Assembly: GCA_965213705.1 (NCBI GenBank)
Contig: OZ243913.1
Span: forward strand, 2,976,001 to 3,040,000
DNA from: Trueperaceae bacterium
GTDB taxonomy: Bacteria > Deinococcota > Deinococci > Deinococcales > Trueperaceae
DNA: 64,000 nucleotides
Reading direction: 5' to 3'
Under the pieces are notes generated by a model that saw nothing but the letters and a program-made list of their open reading frames with translations, did no database searches and was not told the DNA's origin. This document shows positions 29,406-38,513 of the stretch, in pieces. Each line of letters starts with the position of its first letter. Within the stretch, counting starts at the first letter, position 1. The position numbers were made by a program, and so were the translations under genes.

Positions 29406-30746
29406 TTACTTCCCCACGCAAAAGTTAGCGAAGATGTGCGCCAACGTTTCTTCGGCGATGTCGCCCCGGCCGGTGATTTCCGCGAGGCTGCGCAGGGCGT
29501 CTTCCAAGTCGAGGGCGGCGAGATCGTCGGGGGCGTGACGAGCGCGCTCGAGCAGCACCTTAGTTTGTTCCAACGCCGCTACGTGCCGTTCGTTGCCAAT
29601 CCACAATTCCGTCCCCCCCGCCGCGCCGACGAGCTTGTCTTTGATGGCGGCGCTGAGGGCTTCCAGGCCCGCGCCCGTGAGGGTCGAGACGGGATAAAGG
29701 GGCGCGTCCAAGCTGTGCCAAACTTTCGGCAAGTCGCTTTTGCTGGCGACGACGAGGGTGCGCGCCGGCTCTAACTCCCCCAGCATCGCCCGGTCTTGAG
29801 ACGTCACGGCCTGGCTCGCGTCTATCAAGAACAAACTGAGGTCGGCGTTGGCGGCGATTTGTTTGGCCTGCGCGACGCCGGAGGCCTCTACTTGGTCCTC
29901 GGTATGACGAATCCCGGCGGTGTCGATGGCGGTGACGGGCACGCCGTCCAGACTCAACGGGGCCTCCAGGTAGTCGCGGGTCGTCCCCGGCAACTCGCTC
30001 ACGATAGAGCGCTCGTAACCCAATAGTGCGTTGAGCAAACTCGACTTGCCCGCGTTCGGTTTGCCGACCAGGGCCAAGCGTGCGCCCTGCCGCGCGATGC
30101 GGCCCGCCTCGGCGGTGCGCAGCAGGGTGTCTATGCGCTCCAAGGCGCGCGTCAGGGGTCCGGCAAATTCCGCCTCGGGTACGCCCTCGTCGGGGTAGTC
30201 GAACATTGCCTGGATGTTGCCGTAGACTTGCGTGATGTCGGTTTGAATCAGCTCGAGCTGCTCGGTCAGTGCCCTTGACAGCCCGAGCGCGGCGCTGCGG
30301 CGGGCGCTGTCGGACTGGGCGTTGACCATGCCCAGCACGCTTTCCGCCTGCACCAGGTCGAGCCGACCGTTGAGGTACGCCCGCAAGGTAAACTCGCCCG
30401 GCCCCGCCAAGCGCGCCCCGTGCTTGACGGTGAGGTCTAAAACTTTACGCAACACCGCGGGGCCGCCGTGCGTCTGGATTTCGACCACGTCTTGCGCCGT
30501 GTACGAGTGCGGCGCGCGAAAACTTAGCATCAGGGCCTCGTCGACGAGGGTATCGCCGTCCAGCACGCGCCCGTAGGTCACGCGGCCCGCTTTGAGGTCT
30601 CGAGCGCGGCGGCCGTCGAACGGGAAAAACAGCTCGTCGGCAACTTTGTACGCCGCCGGCCCGGCCACCCGCACGATGCCGACCGCACCGACGCCGGGCG
30701 CGGTGGCGATGGCGGCGATGGTGTCGTCGGGCGGGGGTAGGGGCAC
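29406..30746 (-). CDS. mnmE: tRNA modification GTPase MnmE
   Basis: DTIAAIAT, GEFTLRAYLNGR, GKPNAGKSS, GTTRD, C-terminal FCVGK. Confidence 0.97.
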   Translation of the reverse strand: MPLPPPDDTIAAIATAPGVGAVGIVRVAGPAAYKVADELFFPFDGRRARDLKAGRVTYGRVLDGDTLVDEALMLSFRAPHSYTAQDVVEIQTHGGPAVLRKVLDLTVKHGARLAGPGEFTLRAYLNGRLDLVQAESVLGMVNAQSDSARRSAALGLSRALTEQLELIQTDITQVYGNIQAMFDYPDEGVPEAEFAGPLTRALERIDTLLRTAEAGRIARQGARLALVGKPNAGKSSLLNALLGYERSIVSELPGTTRDYLEAPLSLDGVPVTAIDTAGIRHTEDQVEASGVAQAKQIAANADLSLFLIDASQAVTSQDRAMLGELEPARTLVVASKSDLPKVWHSLDAPLYPVSTLTGAGLEALSAAIKDKLVGAAGGTELWIGNERHVAALEQTKVLLERARHAPDDLAALDLEDALRSLAEITGRGDIAEETLAHIFANFCVGK

Positions 30747-30749
30747 GTT

Positions 30750-32039
30750 TTAGCTCAAATCGGCGAACGAAGCGTGTGCGGCGCTGACGACGGCGTCGAT
30801 GTCGGCCTCGCTGTGCGCGTAGGAGAAAAAAGCCGCCTCAAAGGCGCTCGGCGGCCAGTAGACGCCGCGCCGCAACAAACCGTGAAACCACTTACCGAAA
30901 CGCTCGGTGTCGGTCGTGCTGGCGCTCGTCAGGTCGGTCACGGCTTGACCGGTAAAAAACACCGTAATCATCGAGCCGACGCGGTTAATAGTGACGGGAA
31001 CGCCCGTTTGTTCAGCCACGCGGTTCAGGCCGCGCTCGAGCCGTTGGGTACGCGCCTCCAGCACCTCGTAAAGGTCGGGGGTGGCTTGAATCGTTTCCAA
31101 GGTAGCGATGCCCGCCGCCATCGCCAGCGGGTTGCCCGACAGGGTGCCCGCCTGGTAGACCTTGCCGACGGGGGAAACCTGGTCCATAGTTGCGGCCTTG
31201 CCCCCGTAAGCCCCGACCGGCAAACCGCCGCCGATAATTTTGCCCCAGCAAACCAGGTCGGCGTCTATGCCGAACCGCTCCACCGCGCCGCCCGGTGCCA
31301 GGCGAAAGCCGGTCATCACCTCGTCGGCGATGAGGAGCGCGCCGTACTTGGTCGTCAACTCGCGCAAGCCCGTCAAAAACTCTGTGCTTGGCACCACCAC
31401 GCCCATGTTGCCGACAACGGGCTCGAAGATGACGGCGGCGATGTCGTCGGGATGCTGCTCGAACAAGCGCTGTACCGACCCCAAGTCGTTGTATTCGGCG
31501 ACGAGCGTCGTCTTGGCGGTGTCTTGCGGGACGCCCGCACTCGCCGGGACGCCCGTGGTGAGCGCGCCCGAGCCCGCCGCGACGAGCAGCGCGTCGGCGT
31601 GCCCGTGGTAGTTGCCTGCAAACTTGACGATGTAGTCGCGCCCGGTCGCCCCGCGCGCCACGCGCAGCGCGCTCATGGTCGCCTCGGTGCCAGAGTTGAC
31701 GAAGCGTACCCGGTCGCAAGAGGGATACTTGGCAAGCACGAGTTCGGCCAACTGCAACTCGCGCCGCGTCGGCGCGCCAAAACTCGTGCCCATGCGCATC
31801 GCCGCGCCGACGGCGCTCAGCACGTTAGGGTGCGCGTGGCCCAAAATCATCGGTCCCCACGAGCCGACGCAGTCGACGTATTCGTTGCCGTCCTCGTCCC
31901 ACAGCCGTGAGCCCTGGGCGCGGTCCATAAAGAGCGGTGTGCCGCCCACCCCCCCGAAGGCACGAACCGGCGAGTTCACCCCGCCGGGAATAAGGGTTTG
32001 GGCACGTTCGAAGAGGGCTCGAGAGGTCGTTACGTTCAT
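30750..32039 (-). CDS. hemL: Glutamate-1-semialdehyde 2,1-aminomutase
   Basis: PGGVNSPVRAF, SGTEATM, DEVMTGFR, GKIIGGG, QAGTLSGNP. Confidence 0.97.
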   Translation of the reverse strand: MNVTTSRALFERAQTLIPGGVNSPVRAFGGVGGTPLFMDRAQGSRLWDEDGNEYVDCVGSWGPMILGHAHPNVLSAVGAAMRMGTSFGAPTRRELQLAELVLAKYPSCDRVRFVNSGTEATMSALRVARGATGRDYIVKFAGNYHGHADALLVAAGSGALTTGVPASAGVPQDTAKTTLVAEYNDLGSVQRLFEQHPDDIAAVIFEPVVGNMGVVVPSTEFLTGLRELTTKYGALLIADEVMTGFRLAPGGAVERFGIDADLVCWGKIIGGGLPVGAYGGKAATMDQVSPVGKVYQAGTLSGNPLAMAAGIATLETIQATPDLYEVLEARTQRLERGLNRVAEQTGVPVTINRVGSMITVFFTGQAVTDLTSASTTDTERFGKWFHGLLRRGVYWPPSAFEAAFFSYAHSEADIDAVVSAAHASFADLS

Positions 32040-32123
32040 GGGTTCATGCTCGCACGTCCGGGAAAATCTAACAACGGTCTGCCTTACGGGAAAGCCCAAT
32101 TCGGGTCTGTCGTTGCTGACAAT

Positions 32124-32157
32124 CGACAGTGTACTTTTCAAGTGACGTACACTGTCG
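32124..32157. promoter_or_regulatory. 11-bp perfect inverted repeat carrying back-to-back TACACT -10 boxes between hemL and the toxin gene
   Basis: CGACAGTGTAC (32124-32134), 12-nt spacer, GTACACTGTCG (32147-32157). Confidence 0.6.
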
Positions 32158-32161
32158 GAGG

Positions 32162-32545
32162 ATGTCCAAAGACTTCGATGGCTGGAACGAGCTTAAGAAA
32201 CAACTTGACGCTCTGCCCCGTGCGCCTCGCTTCAGCGAACGGCAAGTATGGTGGTGCTCGATAGGTGTTAACGTAGGGCACGAGCAAGACGGCAAAAATG
32301 AGTTTTATAACCGTCCGGTGGTGGTTTTGCGCAAGTTCAACCGGCAGTTGTTTCTCGGGCTTCCTCTATCTACTCGCGGCCCCGGCCCCTACCGTCACCC
32401 ATTTACTTTCAAAAATCGGACTCAATACGCGCTCCTATCCCACCTGCGCCTTTACGACGCGCGGCGCTTTCAAAGTCGCCTGGGCGAACTGCCCGAAGAC
32501 ACTTTCGATGAACTCAAAAAGGTTGTGAGAGAGCTTCTAAAGTAA
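32162..32545 (+). CDS. PemK/MazF-family toxin without adjacent protein antitoxin
   Basis: KDFDGWN..KK leader, VWWCS.G.NVG.EQDGK, RPVVV.RK, LPLST, LRLYD..R. Confidence 0.85.
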   Translation: MSKDFDGWNELKKQLDALPRAPRFSERQVWWCSIGVNVGHEQDGKNEFYNRPVVVLRKFNRQLFLGLPLSTRGPGPYRHPFTFKNRTQYALLSHLRLYDARRFQSRLGELPEDTFDELKKVVRELLK

Positions 32546-32590
32546 TCGACCCCGGATACTCCGGGGTCGTCGCGGCTAACGCCGATTTGT
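32538..32590 (-). ncRNA. Candidate small structured RNA convergent on the toxin 3' end (possible antitoxin)
   Basis: Downstream of TTGACA-N16-TAAACT; hairpins CGGC-GUUA-GCCG and CGACCCCGGA-GUA-UCCGGGGUCG, then AUUACUUU; ends are inferred. Confidence 0.45.
32547..32569. terminator. 10-bp GC hairpin directly after the toxin stop codon
   Basis: CGACCCCGGA-TAC-TCCGGGGTCG. Confidence 0.6.
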
Positions 32591-32596
32591 AGTTAC

Positions 32597-32624
32597 AGTT
32601 TAGCTCACTAGAGACTTTTGTCAA
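32597..32624 (-). promoter_or_regulatory. Near-consensus sigma70-type promoter pointing at the toxin 3' end
   Basis: Minus strand TTGACA (32624-32619), 16-nt spacer, TAAACT (32602-32597). Confidence 0.65.
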
Positions 32625-32763
32625 GTCGGCATGGCAACATAGTCGCACGTAAAACAGGTGAATTGCCTCTTTAACCACCTTAGTCGGGCAAAGCCGCTCG
32701 AGGGCGGACAAGCGTAGCGCGGCTCCTCAAACCTGTTCAAAGCCCGACAGAGTAAGCTGAGGC

Positions 32764-33663
32764 ATGGAAACCATTCACTTTTTGCAGAGTTTTGCATCGC
32801 CCGGTTTGAACGAGCTTATGCTGGCAATTACAAACCTCGGCTCAGAGCGGGCTTACATCGTGCTGCTGCTCATCGCTTATTTGGGCGTAGACGCTCGAGC
32901 CGGGCGTTTTCTGGCGGTGGCGCTCTTAACGAGCTTTTACCTCAACTTTTTGCTCAAGGGAATCGTCGACACGCCGCGGCCTTACGTGCTCGAGCCTAGC
33001 GTGAGTTTGGGCGAGGCATACACAGCGACCGGCACCGGGCCGGGCTTTCCGAGCGGCCACGCGCAGGCGAGCACGACGTTTTGGGGTCTGGCCGCCCTTT
33101 ACGCGCGACGGAGTTGGTTTTGGGCGCTGGCGGTCGTCGTCGTCGTTTTGATTTCGCTGAGCCGCGTGTATTTGGGCTTGCACTTGCCCATCGACATCGT
33201 CGGCGGCGTGCTCATCGGCGGCGTCTTCGTGCTGCTGGCTTTTGCGCTGTTCCGGGGTCTCGAGACGCGCCGGGTGTCACCGTTCTTGACCGTCCTCCTC
33301 GGGGTTTTGGTGCCGCTGGCAGTTCACCTGCTGGTACCCTTGACCGCGCCCCAGCTCAGTTTCGCCGAGTCCGACCTGATTATGGGCGGTTTGGCGGCGT
33401 TCGTCAGCGGCCCGGCCCTGCACCCGTACCGCGCGCCGCGGGCGCTGTGGCGGCGGGTGGTCGTCACGCTGCTCGGTGTCGTTTTGGTGTTCGCGTTTTT
33501 GCTCGCCTCGAGCGCGTTACTACCCGAAGAACTAAAACGAGACCCCTTCGGCGGTTTTTTCAGGTACCTCGTTTTGGGTTACGTCGGCGTCCTCCTCACC
33601 CCCTGGCTCGGGCGCTCTCTGGGCCTCACGCCGCAACACGCGACCCCGGATGCGACGCCTTAA
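32764..33663 (+). CDS. PAP2 family membrane phosphatase
   Basis: K.....PRP, FPSGHA, SRVYLGLH...D. Confidence 0.92.
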   Translation: METIHFLQSFASPGLNELMLAITNLGSERAYIVLLLIAYLGVDARAGRFLAVALLTSFYLNFLLKGIVDTPRPYVLEPSVSLGEAYTATGTGPGFPSGHAQASTTFWGLAALYARRSWFWALAVVVVVLISLSRVYLGLHLPIDIVGGVLIGGVFVLLAFALFRGLETRRVSPFLTVLLGVLVPLAVHLLVPLTAPQLSFAESDLIMGGLAAFVSGPALHPYRAPRALWRRVVVTLLGVVLVFAFLLASSALLPEELKRDPFGGFFRYLVLGYVGVLLTPWLGRSLGLTPQHATPDATP

Positions 33664-34438
33664 ACTCACGCTCGAGTACGACGGGACGGACTTTTTCGGC
33701 TGGCAAGTCCAAGCGCGCACCGGCGAGCGGACCGTGCAGGGCGTGGTGCAAGAGGCTTGGGCGAAGCTGCCGGGCACGCACACCTCCCTGAAAGCCGCAG
33801 GCCGCACCGACGCGGGCGTTCACGCGCTGGCGATGGTGGCGCACCTGGACACCGACACGCCCGTCGAAGAAGCCGACCTGACCCGCGCCCTCAACGCGCA
33901 CCTGCCGCCCGATGTTCGCGTTTTGAACGTCGTCGGTGTAGCGCCGACGTTCGACGCGCAGTATGACTGTCGTTACCGCCGCTACCTCTACCGGTTGCGG
34001 TTCACCCAAAAAAACGCGGCAGGCGCAGCTTTGGACCGTCACCGGGTGCTGCACCTGTACCAGACCTTGGGTATTCCGGCGATGCAGCGGGCGGCGCATG
34101 ATTTCCAGGGCACGCGCGACTTCAGCGCGCTGGCGACTCAAGAAACGCGTTCGCGCGAGCGCACCGTGTACCTGTGCCGCCTCGACCACGACTCGACCGG
34201 CGACGGCCGCGACCTCACTTTGCACGTCGCGGCGGACGGTTTTCTGCGCGGCATGGTGCGCGCGGTCGTCGGCACGCTGTTAGAGGTCGGCACGGGCAGA
34301 CTAGACCCGGACGAGGTTTTAGCGGTGCTGGCTTCGAAAGACCGGGCTCGAGCCGGCAAAAATGTCCCGCCACACGGGCTGTACTTTGTCGAAGCGGGTT
34401 ATAAAGCGTGGGGGCTCGAGGACAGCTCCAAAGTTTGA
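33650..34438 (+). CDS. truA: tRNA pseudouridine(38-40) synthase
   Basis: YDGT.F.GWQ, AGRTDAGVHA, FLRGMVR. Confidence 0.96.
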   Translation: MRRLKLTLEYDGTDFFGWQVQARTGERTVQGVVQEAWAKLPGTHTSLKAAGRTDAGVHALAMVAHLDTDTPVEEADLTRALNAHLPPDVRVLNVVGVAPTFDAQYDCRYRRYLYRLRFTQKNAAGAALDRHRVLHLYQTLGIPAMQRAAHDFQGTRDFSALATQETRSRERTVYLCRLDHDSTGDGRDLTLHVAADGFLRGMVRAVVGTLLEVGTGRLDPDEVLAVLASKDRARAGKNVPPHGLYFVEAGYKAWGLEDSSKV

Positions 34439-34509
34439 GCCGCTTTTAACTCGGTGCTTTCGTAACCAACTTCCCACCCCCTCTTCTCACAAAATGCGAT
34501 ACTAGCGCG

Positions 34510-34989
34510 ATGTCCAGCCACTTCGAAGAAGGCAAAGCCGTGATGGTCGACGTGTCCGCCAAGGCGGAGACGGTGCGGCAGGCGGTCGCCGAGGCGGTCG
34601 TGAACTTGCCGGAGGCAGCGTTGCGCGCTTTGCAAGCGGGCAGCGCGAAGGGCGACGCCGTGGCAGTCGCCGAACTCGCCGGAATTATGGCGGCGAAGCG
34701 AACCGCCGAAATCATCCCGCTGTGCCACCCGCTGCCGCTGAGCAAAGTGAGCGTGCGCGGGACCGTGCAACCCGAGCAAAACAGCGTGCGCTTCGAAGCG
34801 CTCTGCAAAACGACCGCCAAAACCGGCGTCGAGATGGAGGCCTTGACCGCGGCCATGGTCGCCGCGCTGACGCTCTACGACATGCTCAAAAGCGTCAGCA
34901 AGGGCATCGTTATCGAGCAGGTAAGGTTACTCAGCAAAGAGGGGGGCAAGTCCGGGCCGTGGCAGAGCGAACCCACGCCAGACCCCTAA
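34510..34989 (+). CDS. moaC: Cyclic pyranopterin monophosphate synthase
   Basis: [35 protein letters not shown]. Confidence 0.96.
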   Translation: MSSHFEEGKAVMVDVSAKAETVRQAVAEAVVNLPEAALRALQAGSAKGDAVAVAELAGIMAAKRTAEIIPLCHPLPLSKVSVRGTVQPEQNSVRFEALCKTTAKTGVEMEALTAAMVAALTLYDMLKSVSKGIVIEQVRLLSKEGGKSGPWQSEPTPDP

Positions 34990-35408
34990 CGCCCGACGAC
35001 GAGGCGGCGCTAGCTCCCATCGACGTGGCTTACGCCGCCAGGGTCAGCTTAGAGCCCGTCCTGAGCCGGGGCAGCGTGTCGTTTTACGCGCGCAGCGACC
35101 ACTCGTTCGTGGCCGTGCGCGCTGGCGACGTAACCGGCTTCGCCGTGGCGAGTGCCGTTTGGAACGGCACCCGGCCGACTGTGCAGGTGAGCCGCGTCGC
35201 GGTTGCAGAGCCTGAGGACGGGGCTTCGCTCGAGGCCCTGTTGGAGGCCGTCACCAAAAGCGCCTACGACGCCGCCGTTTACGACATCCAAGTACAGCAC
35301 CCGCAACGAGACGACGCGGGGCGGCAGGCCCTGCAGGCCAAAAGCTACAAACCAGCAGACATCACGCTTTTTGAACGCCGCTTAGGCTCGCGCGGCGGGG
35401 AAGGATAA
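34959..35408 (+). CDS. DUF1999-like GNAT-fold Deinococcota protein
   Basis: [24 protein letters not shown] pattern (family recalled from memory); GTG start inferred. Confidence 0.7.
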   Translation: MAERTHARPLTPDDEAALAPIDVAYAARVSLEPVLSRGSVSFYARSDHSFVAVRAGDVTGFAVASAVWNGTRPTVQVSRVAVAEPEDGASLEALLEAVTKSAYDAAVYDIQVQHPQRDDAGRQALQAKSYKPADITLFERRLGSRGGEG

Positions 35409-35410
35409 CG

Positions 35411-35620
35411 ATGGCAAGGGTCATTCTCGGAGTACGCGGCATGAAAAGCCGCGAGGCGGCGGACAAGGTGCAAGAAACCTTGCTCGCCCTAGACGGCGTC
35501 GAAAGTGTCACCGCGGGCGTCGACCAGCAAGCGAGCGTCACCTACGACGACTCGACCGCCACCACGATGGACCTAATTCGCGCCCTGCGCAAACTGGGTT
35601 TTCAGGCGGGGATGGAGTAA
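35411..35620 (+). CDS. HMA/CopZ-fold small protein lacking cysteines
   Basis: V.GM at the metal loop, L..LDGV..V, V.YD, LGF; no Cys in the sequence. Confidence 0.72.
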   Translation: MARVILGVRGMKSREAADKVQETLLALDGVESVTAGVDQQASVTYDDSTATTMDLIRALRKLGFQAGME

Positions 35621-35819
35621 GTGGGGCAAGCCTAGAGTTGCTTGCTACCGACTCAGGTTAAGTAAACACTGAGGAAGTACCGAGGACCGAGTGGAAAGTA
35701 ACGAGTGGAAAGCGGTTTCTCCTTCTTTTCTCAGGACTATGCGTAGGCTGAATTACCAAACCAATGACCGACGATTCTCTTCCCCTTTTCTCCTTTCCCC
35801 TTTCGCCTGGGGCGACCCG

Positions 35820-36128
35820 GTGATTTACCTCGGCGTTTACGTGGCGGACTTAGAAATGCCGTGGGTGCGCAGCCTCAAAGAAAAGCGTTCCCTGGTGCGG
35901 CCCGTGACCGAAAAGCTCAAGACGAGGTTTCCCGTCTCGGTCGCGCGACTCGACGGCTTAAACGCCCACGACTGGGAGCGCATCGGCGCGGCGGCGCTGA
36001 GCCATGACCCCGAATGGTTGGAGGGGATGCTCAACAAAGTCCACGACTTCGTGAGTTCCCACGGCGACTTCCGGGTGCGGTTTTCGGACATCAATCTTGA
36101 GGTGTGGGATGTACCGGGCGACGAGTGA
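35820..36128 (+). CDS. DUF503 (YlxP) family protein
   Basis: SLKEKRS.V, RF.VSVA motifs; GTG start inferred. Confidence 0.85.
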   Translation: MIYLGVYVADLEMPWVRSLKEKRSLVRPVTEKLKTRFPVSVARLDGLNAHDWERIGAAALSHDPEWLEGMLNKVHDFVSSHGDFRVRFSDINLEVWDVPGDE

Positions 36129-36265
36129 CGAAACCCAACTCAAAAAAACAGTGACTGTACCGAAGTTGACGCGTGCCGGTATCGGTTTTGCGGTACACTT
36201 CGGCCTATAAGAACTGGTGTGGACACACTTTTTGGGCGCTGCCGAGGCAGCGCGAGGAGGCGGTT

Positions 36266-36733
36266 GTGGTCGACAAGGTAACCGCGCCCCCGGCGAGCGC
36301 CGAGCGGGCGGCAAAGAAAAGCGGTCGAGCGGGCGAGACGAAAACGCCCGACAGAAACCCGAGCGCCAAGAAGACGCCCGACCAACCGGTCCGAGACCGG
36401 GTCTCGGTCACGGACGAAGCGCTGGCGACGATTATCGGCTTGGCGGCGCACGAAGTGCCCGGCGTGGTCGGCATGGCCCCGGCGGGTCTGCGCGAGGGCA
36501 TCAAGCGCATTTTGGGCGTGGCGCAGGCCGACGAAGGCGTCGAGGTGACGCGCGCCGGCACGAGTGTAGAGACCGAAGCGGCCGTAGACCTGCACGTCGT
36601 GGTGGCCTACGGCGTGAACATCCCCGCGGTCGCCGACTCGGTCAAGGAGCGCGTGCTCTACGCGGCCAAGACCTACGCCGGCGTGACGCTCGACAAAGTC
36701 TGCGTCCACGTCGCCGGGGTCAGCCGTGGCTGA
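36266..36733 (+). CDS. Asp23/Gls24 family protein (YloU-like)
   Basis: IIGLAA.EVPGVVGM, VVAYGVNI..VA..V; AGGAGG RBS; precedes the DAK2 gene. Confidence 0.88.
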   Translation: MVDKVTAPPASAERAAKKSGRAGETKTPDRNPSAKKTPDQPVRDRVSVTDEALATIIGLAAHEVPGVVGMAPAGLREGIKRILGVAQADEGVEVTRAGTSVETEAAVDLHVVVAYGVNIPAVADSVKERVLYAAKTYAGVTLDKVCVHVAGVSRG

Positions 36734-38330
36734 AGTCGCGACCCGCCAACCTAGCGCGCTCTCAGCCAAAGACCTCGTCAAGGCTTTCGTCTACGCGACC
36801 GACTGGCTGGGCGTGTACGTGGACGAGGTCAACGCGCTGAACGTCTACCCGGTGCCCGACGGCGACACGGGCACGAACATGCACCTCACCATGCAGTCGG
36901 TACGGCGGCAGTTGTTCGACGAAAACCCCAAGACGATGGCGGCCTTCGCGCACGCGCTGTCTTACGGGTCGCTGTTGGGGGCGCGGGGCAACTCGGGCGT
37001 GATTTTGTCACAAATCTTGAAGGGCTTCGCCGAATCCGCCAAGGAGCATTCAAGCCTGAGCGCCCCGCACCTTGTCCAAGCCCTGAAAGCCGCGACCAAG
37101 TCGGCTTACGCCGCCGTGATGAAGCCGGTCGAGGGGACGATTCTCACGGTTGTGCGCGCCGCGGCCGAGGGCGCGGAAAGCTTGGGCTCGAGCGCGCCGC
37201 TGCAAGTTTTGAAAGACGCGCTCCAAGCCGGGCAAGAGGCGCTCGAGCAAACCCCCGACCTGCTGCCTATGCTTAAACAGGCGGGCGTGGTGGACTCGGG
37301 CGGGTTGGGGTTTTTGCGGGTTTTAGAGGGCGTCATCGCCTCGTTCGAAGGCCGGGACCTGCCGCCGCCGCCCAAAATCGACCTGCGGGCGCAGACCGAG
37401 TTCGCCGAGGAAGAGTTCGGCTTCTGCACCGAGTTTTTGCTCTCGGACGTCACGGTGCCGACCTCGGAAATTCAAGACCTCGTCGCACCCTTCGGCGACT
37501 CGCTCCTCGTCGTCGGGGCTGAGGGTTTCGTCAAAGGCCATATCCACACCGAAGACCCCGAACGGCTCTTAGCCACGGTCGCCCGCTACGGCCGCATGGT
37601 GCGCAGCAAAATCGAGGACATGAGCGAGCAGCATTCGGAGATTTTGGCGAACGTCGACCTGCAAGAGGCCGAAGCGCCCCAAGCGGCCCTCGTGGTCGTG
37701 AGCGACGGCTACGGCGTCACCAAGGTGTTCCGCAGCTTGAAAGCGCGGGTCGTGGGCGGCGGCCAGACGAACAACCCGTCGGTTCAAGACATCGCCGACG
37801 CGGTGCGCAGCGTCGCCGCGGAGCACGTCATCGTCATGCCGAACAACAAAAACATCGTTATGGCCGCCGAGCGCGTGGCCGAAATCGTCCCCGAAAAAAC
37901 CGTCCACGTGTTGCCGACCCGCACCCTCGGTCAGGGCCTCGCCGCGGCGGTGCTGTTCGACGAAAATACCGACCCCGAAGACTTGCTGGAAGCGATGAAC
38001 GAGGCCGCCGAACACGCCCTCACCCTGGAAGTCACGGTTGCGAGCCGCACCGCCACCATCGACGGCGTGAGCGTCACCGAGGGCGACTTTATCGGCCTCG
38101 TCAACGACAAACTGAGTTTGGCCGCCGCGTCGCCCGAGGCTTGTCTGGAAGGGCTGCTCAGACGAGTCGCCGCCGACTTTGAAGTCGCCACGCTCTTTTA
38201 CAGCAGCGCCGTCGGCGACGAGGCGGCCGCGACCTTGGTCGAGGCTTTGGGCGAGGCGTTCACTGAGTTGGACATCGACCTCCACGCGGGCGCGCCCGAC
38301 CTGTACCCTTACGTGATGGCCCTGGAGTAA
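36726..38330 (+). CDS. fakA: DAK2-domain fatty acid kinase subunit A (YloV/FakA-like)
   Basis: LNVYPVPDGDTGTNM, GARGNSGVILSQ, EGTILTV, VDSGG, HIHT, GGQT.NPS. Confidence 0.9.
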   Translation: MAEVATRQPSALSAKDLVKAFVYATDWLGVYVDEVNALNVYPVPDGDTGTNMHLTMQSVRRQLFDENPKTMAAFAHALSYGSLLGARGNSGVILSQILKGFAESAKEHSSLSAPHLVQALKAATKSAYAAVMKPVEGTILTVVRAAAEGAESLGSSAPLQVLKDALQAGQEALEQTPDLLPMLKQAGVVDSGGLGFLRVLEGVIASFEGRDLPPPPKIDLRAQTEFAEEEFGFCTEFLLSDVTVPTSEIQDLVAPFGDSLLVVGAEGFVKGHIHTEDPERLLATVARYGRMVRSKIEDMSEQHSEILANVDLQEAEAPQAALVVVSDGYGVTKVFRSLKARVVGGGQTNNPSVQDIADAVRSVAAEHVIVMPNNKNIVMAAERVAEIVPEKTVHVLPTRTLGQGLAAAVLFDENTDPEDLLEAMNEAAEHALTLEVTVASRTATIDGVSVTEGDFIGLVNDKLSLAAASPEACLEGLLRRVAADFEVATLFYSSAVGDEAAATLVEALGEAFTELDIDLHAGAPDLYPYVMALE

Positions 38331-38513
38331 AGCTCGAGCGTTTTCGCTTTTACGGGCGCGGCGAGCGGCTCACCGGTTTTCCGAACTCGAGCCGGGCCGC
38401 TCACCATTTCAAGTTGCTTAGGCTGGACCTCGTTCTCTCCAGGCCGACGGCGGGCAAAAATCTTTTAAGAAATTCTCACCGCGCCGCGCCGCGCTTGGTC
38501 TACACTCGGGTCT

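Noticed and set aside
32514..32711. 65-aa minus-strand ORF as the protein antitoxin
   Set aside because: TTG start without an evident RBS, no AbrB/RHH/HTH pattern, Cys-rich composition, and it spans the predicted promoter.
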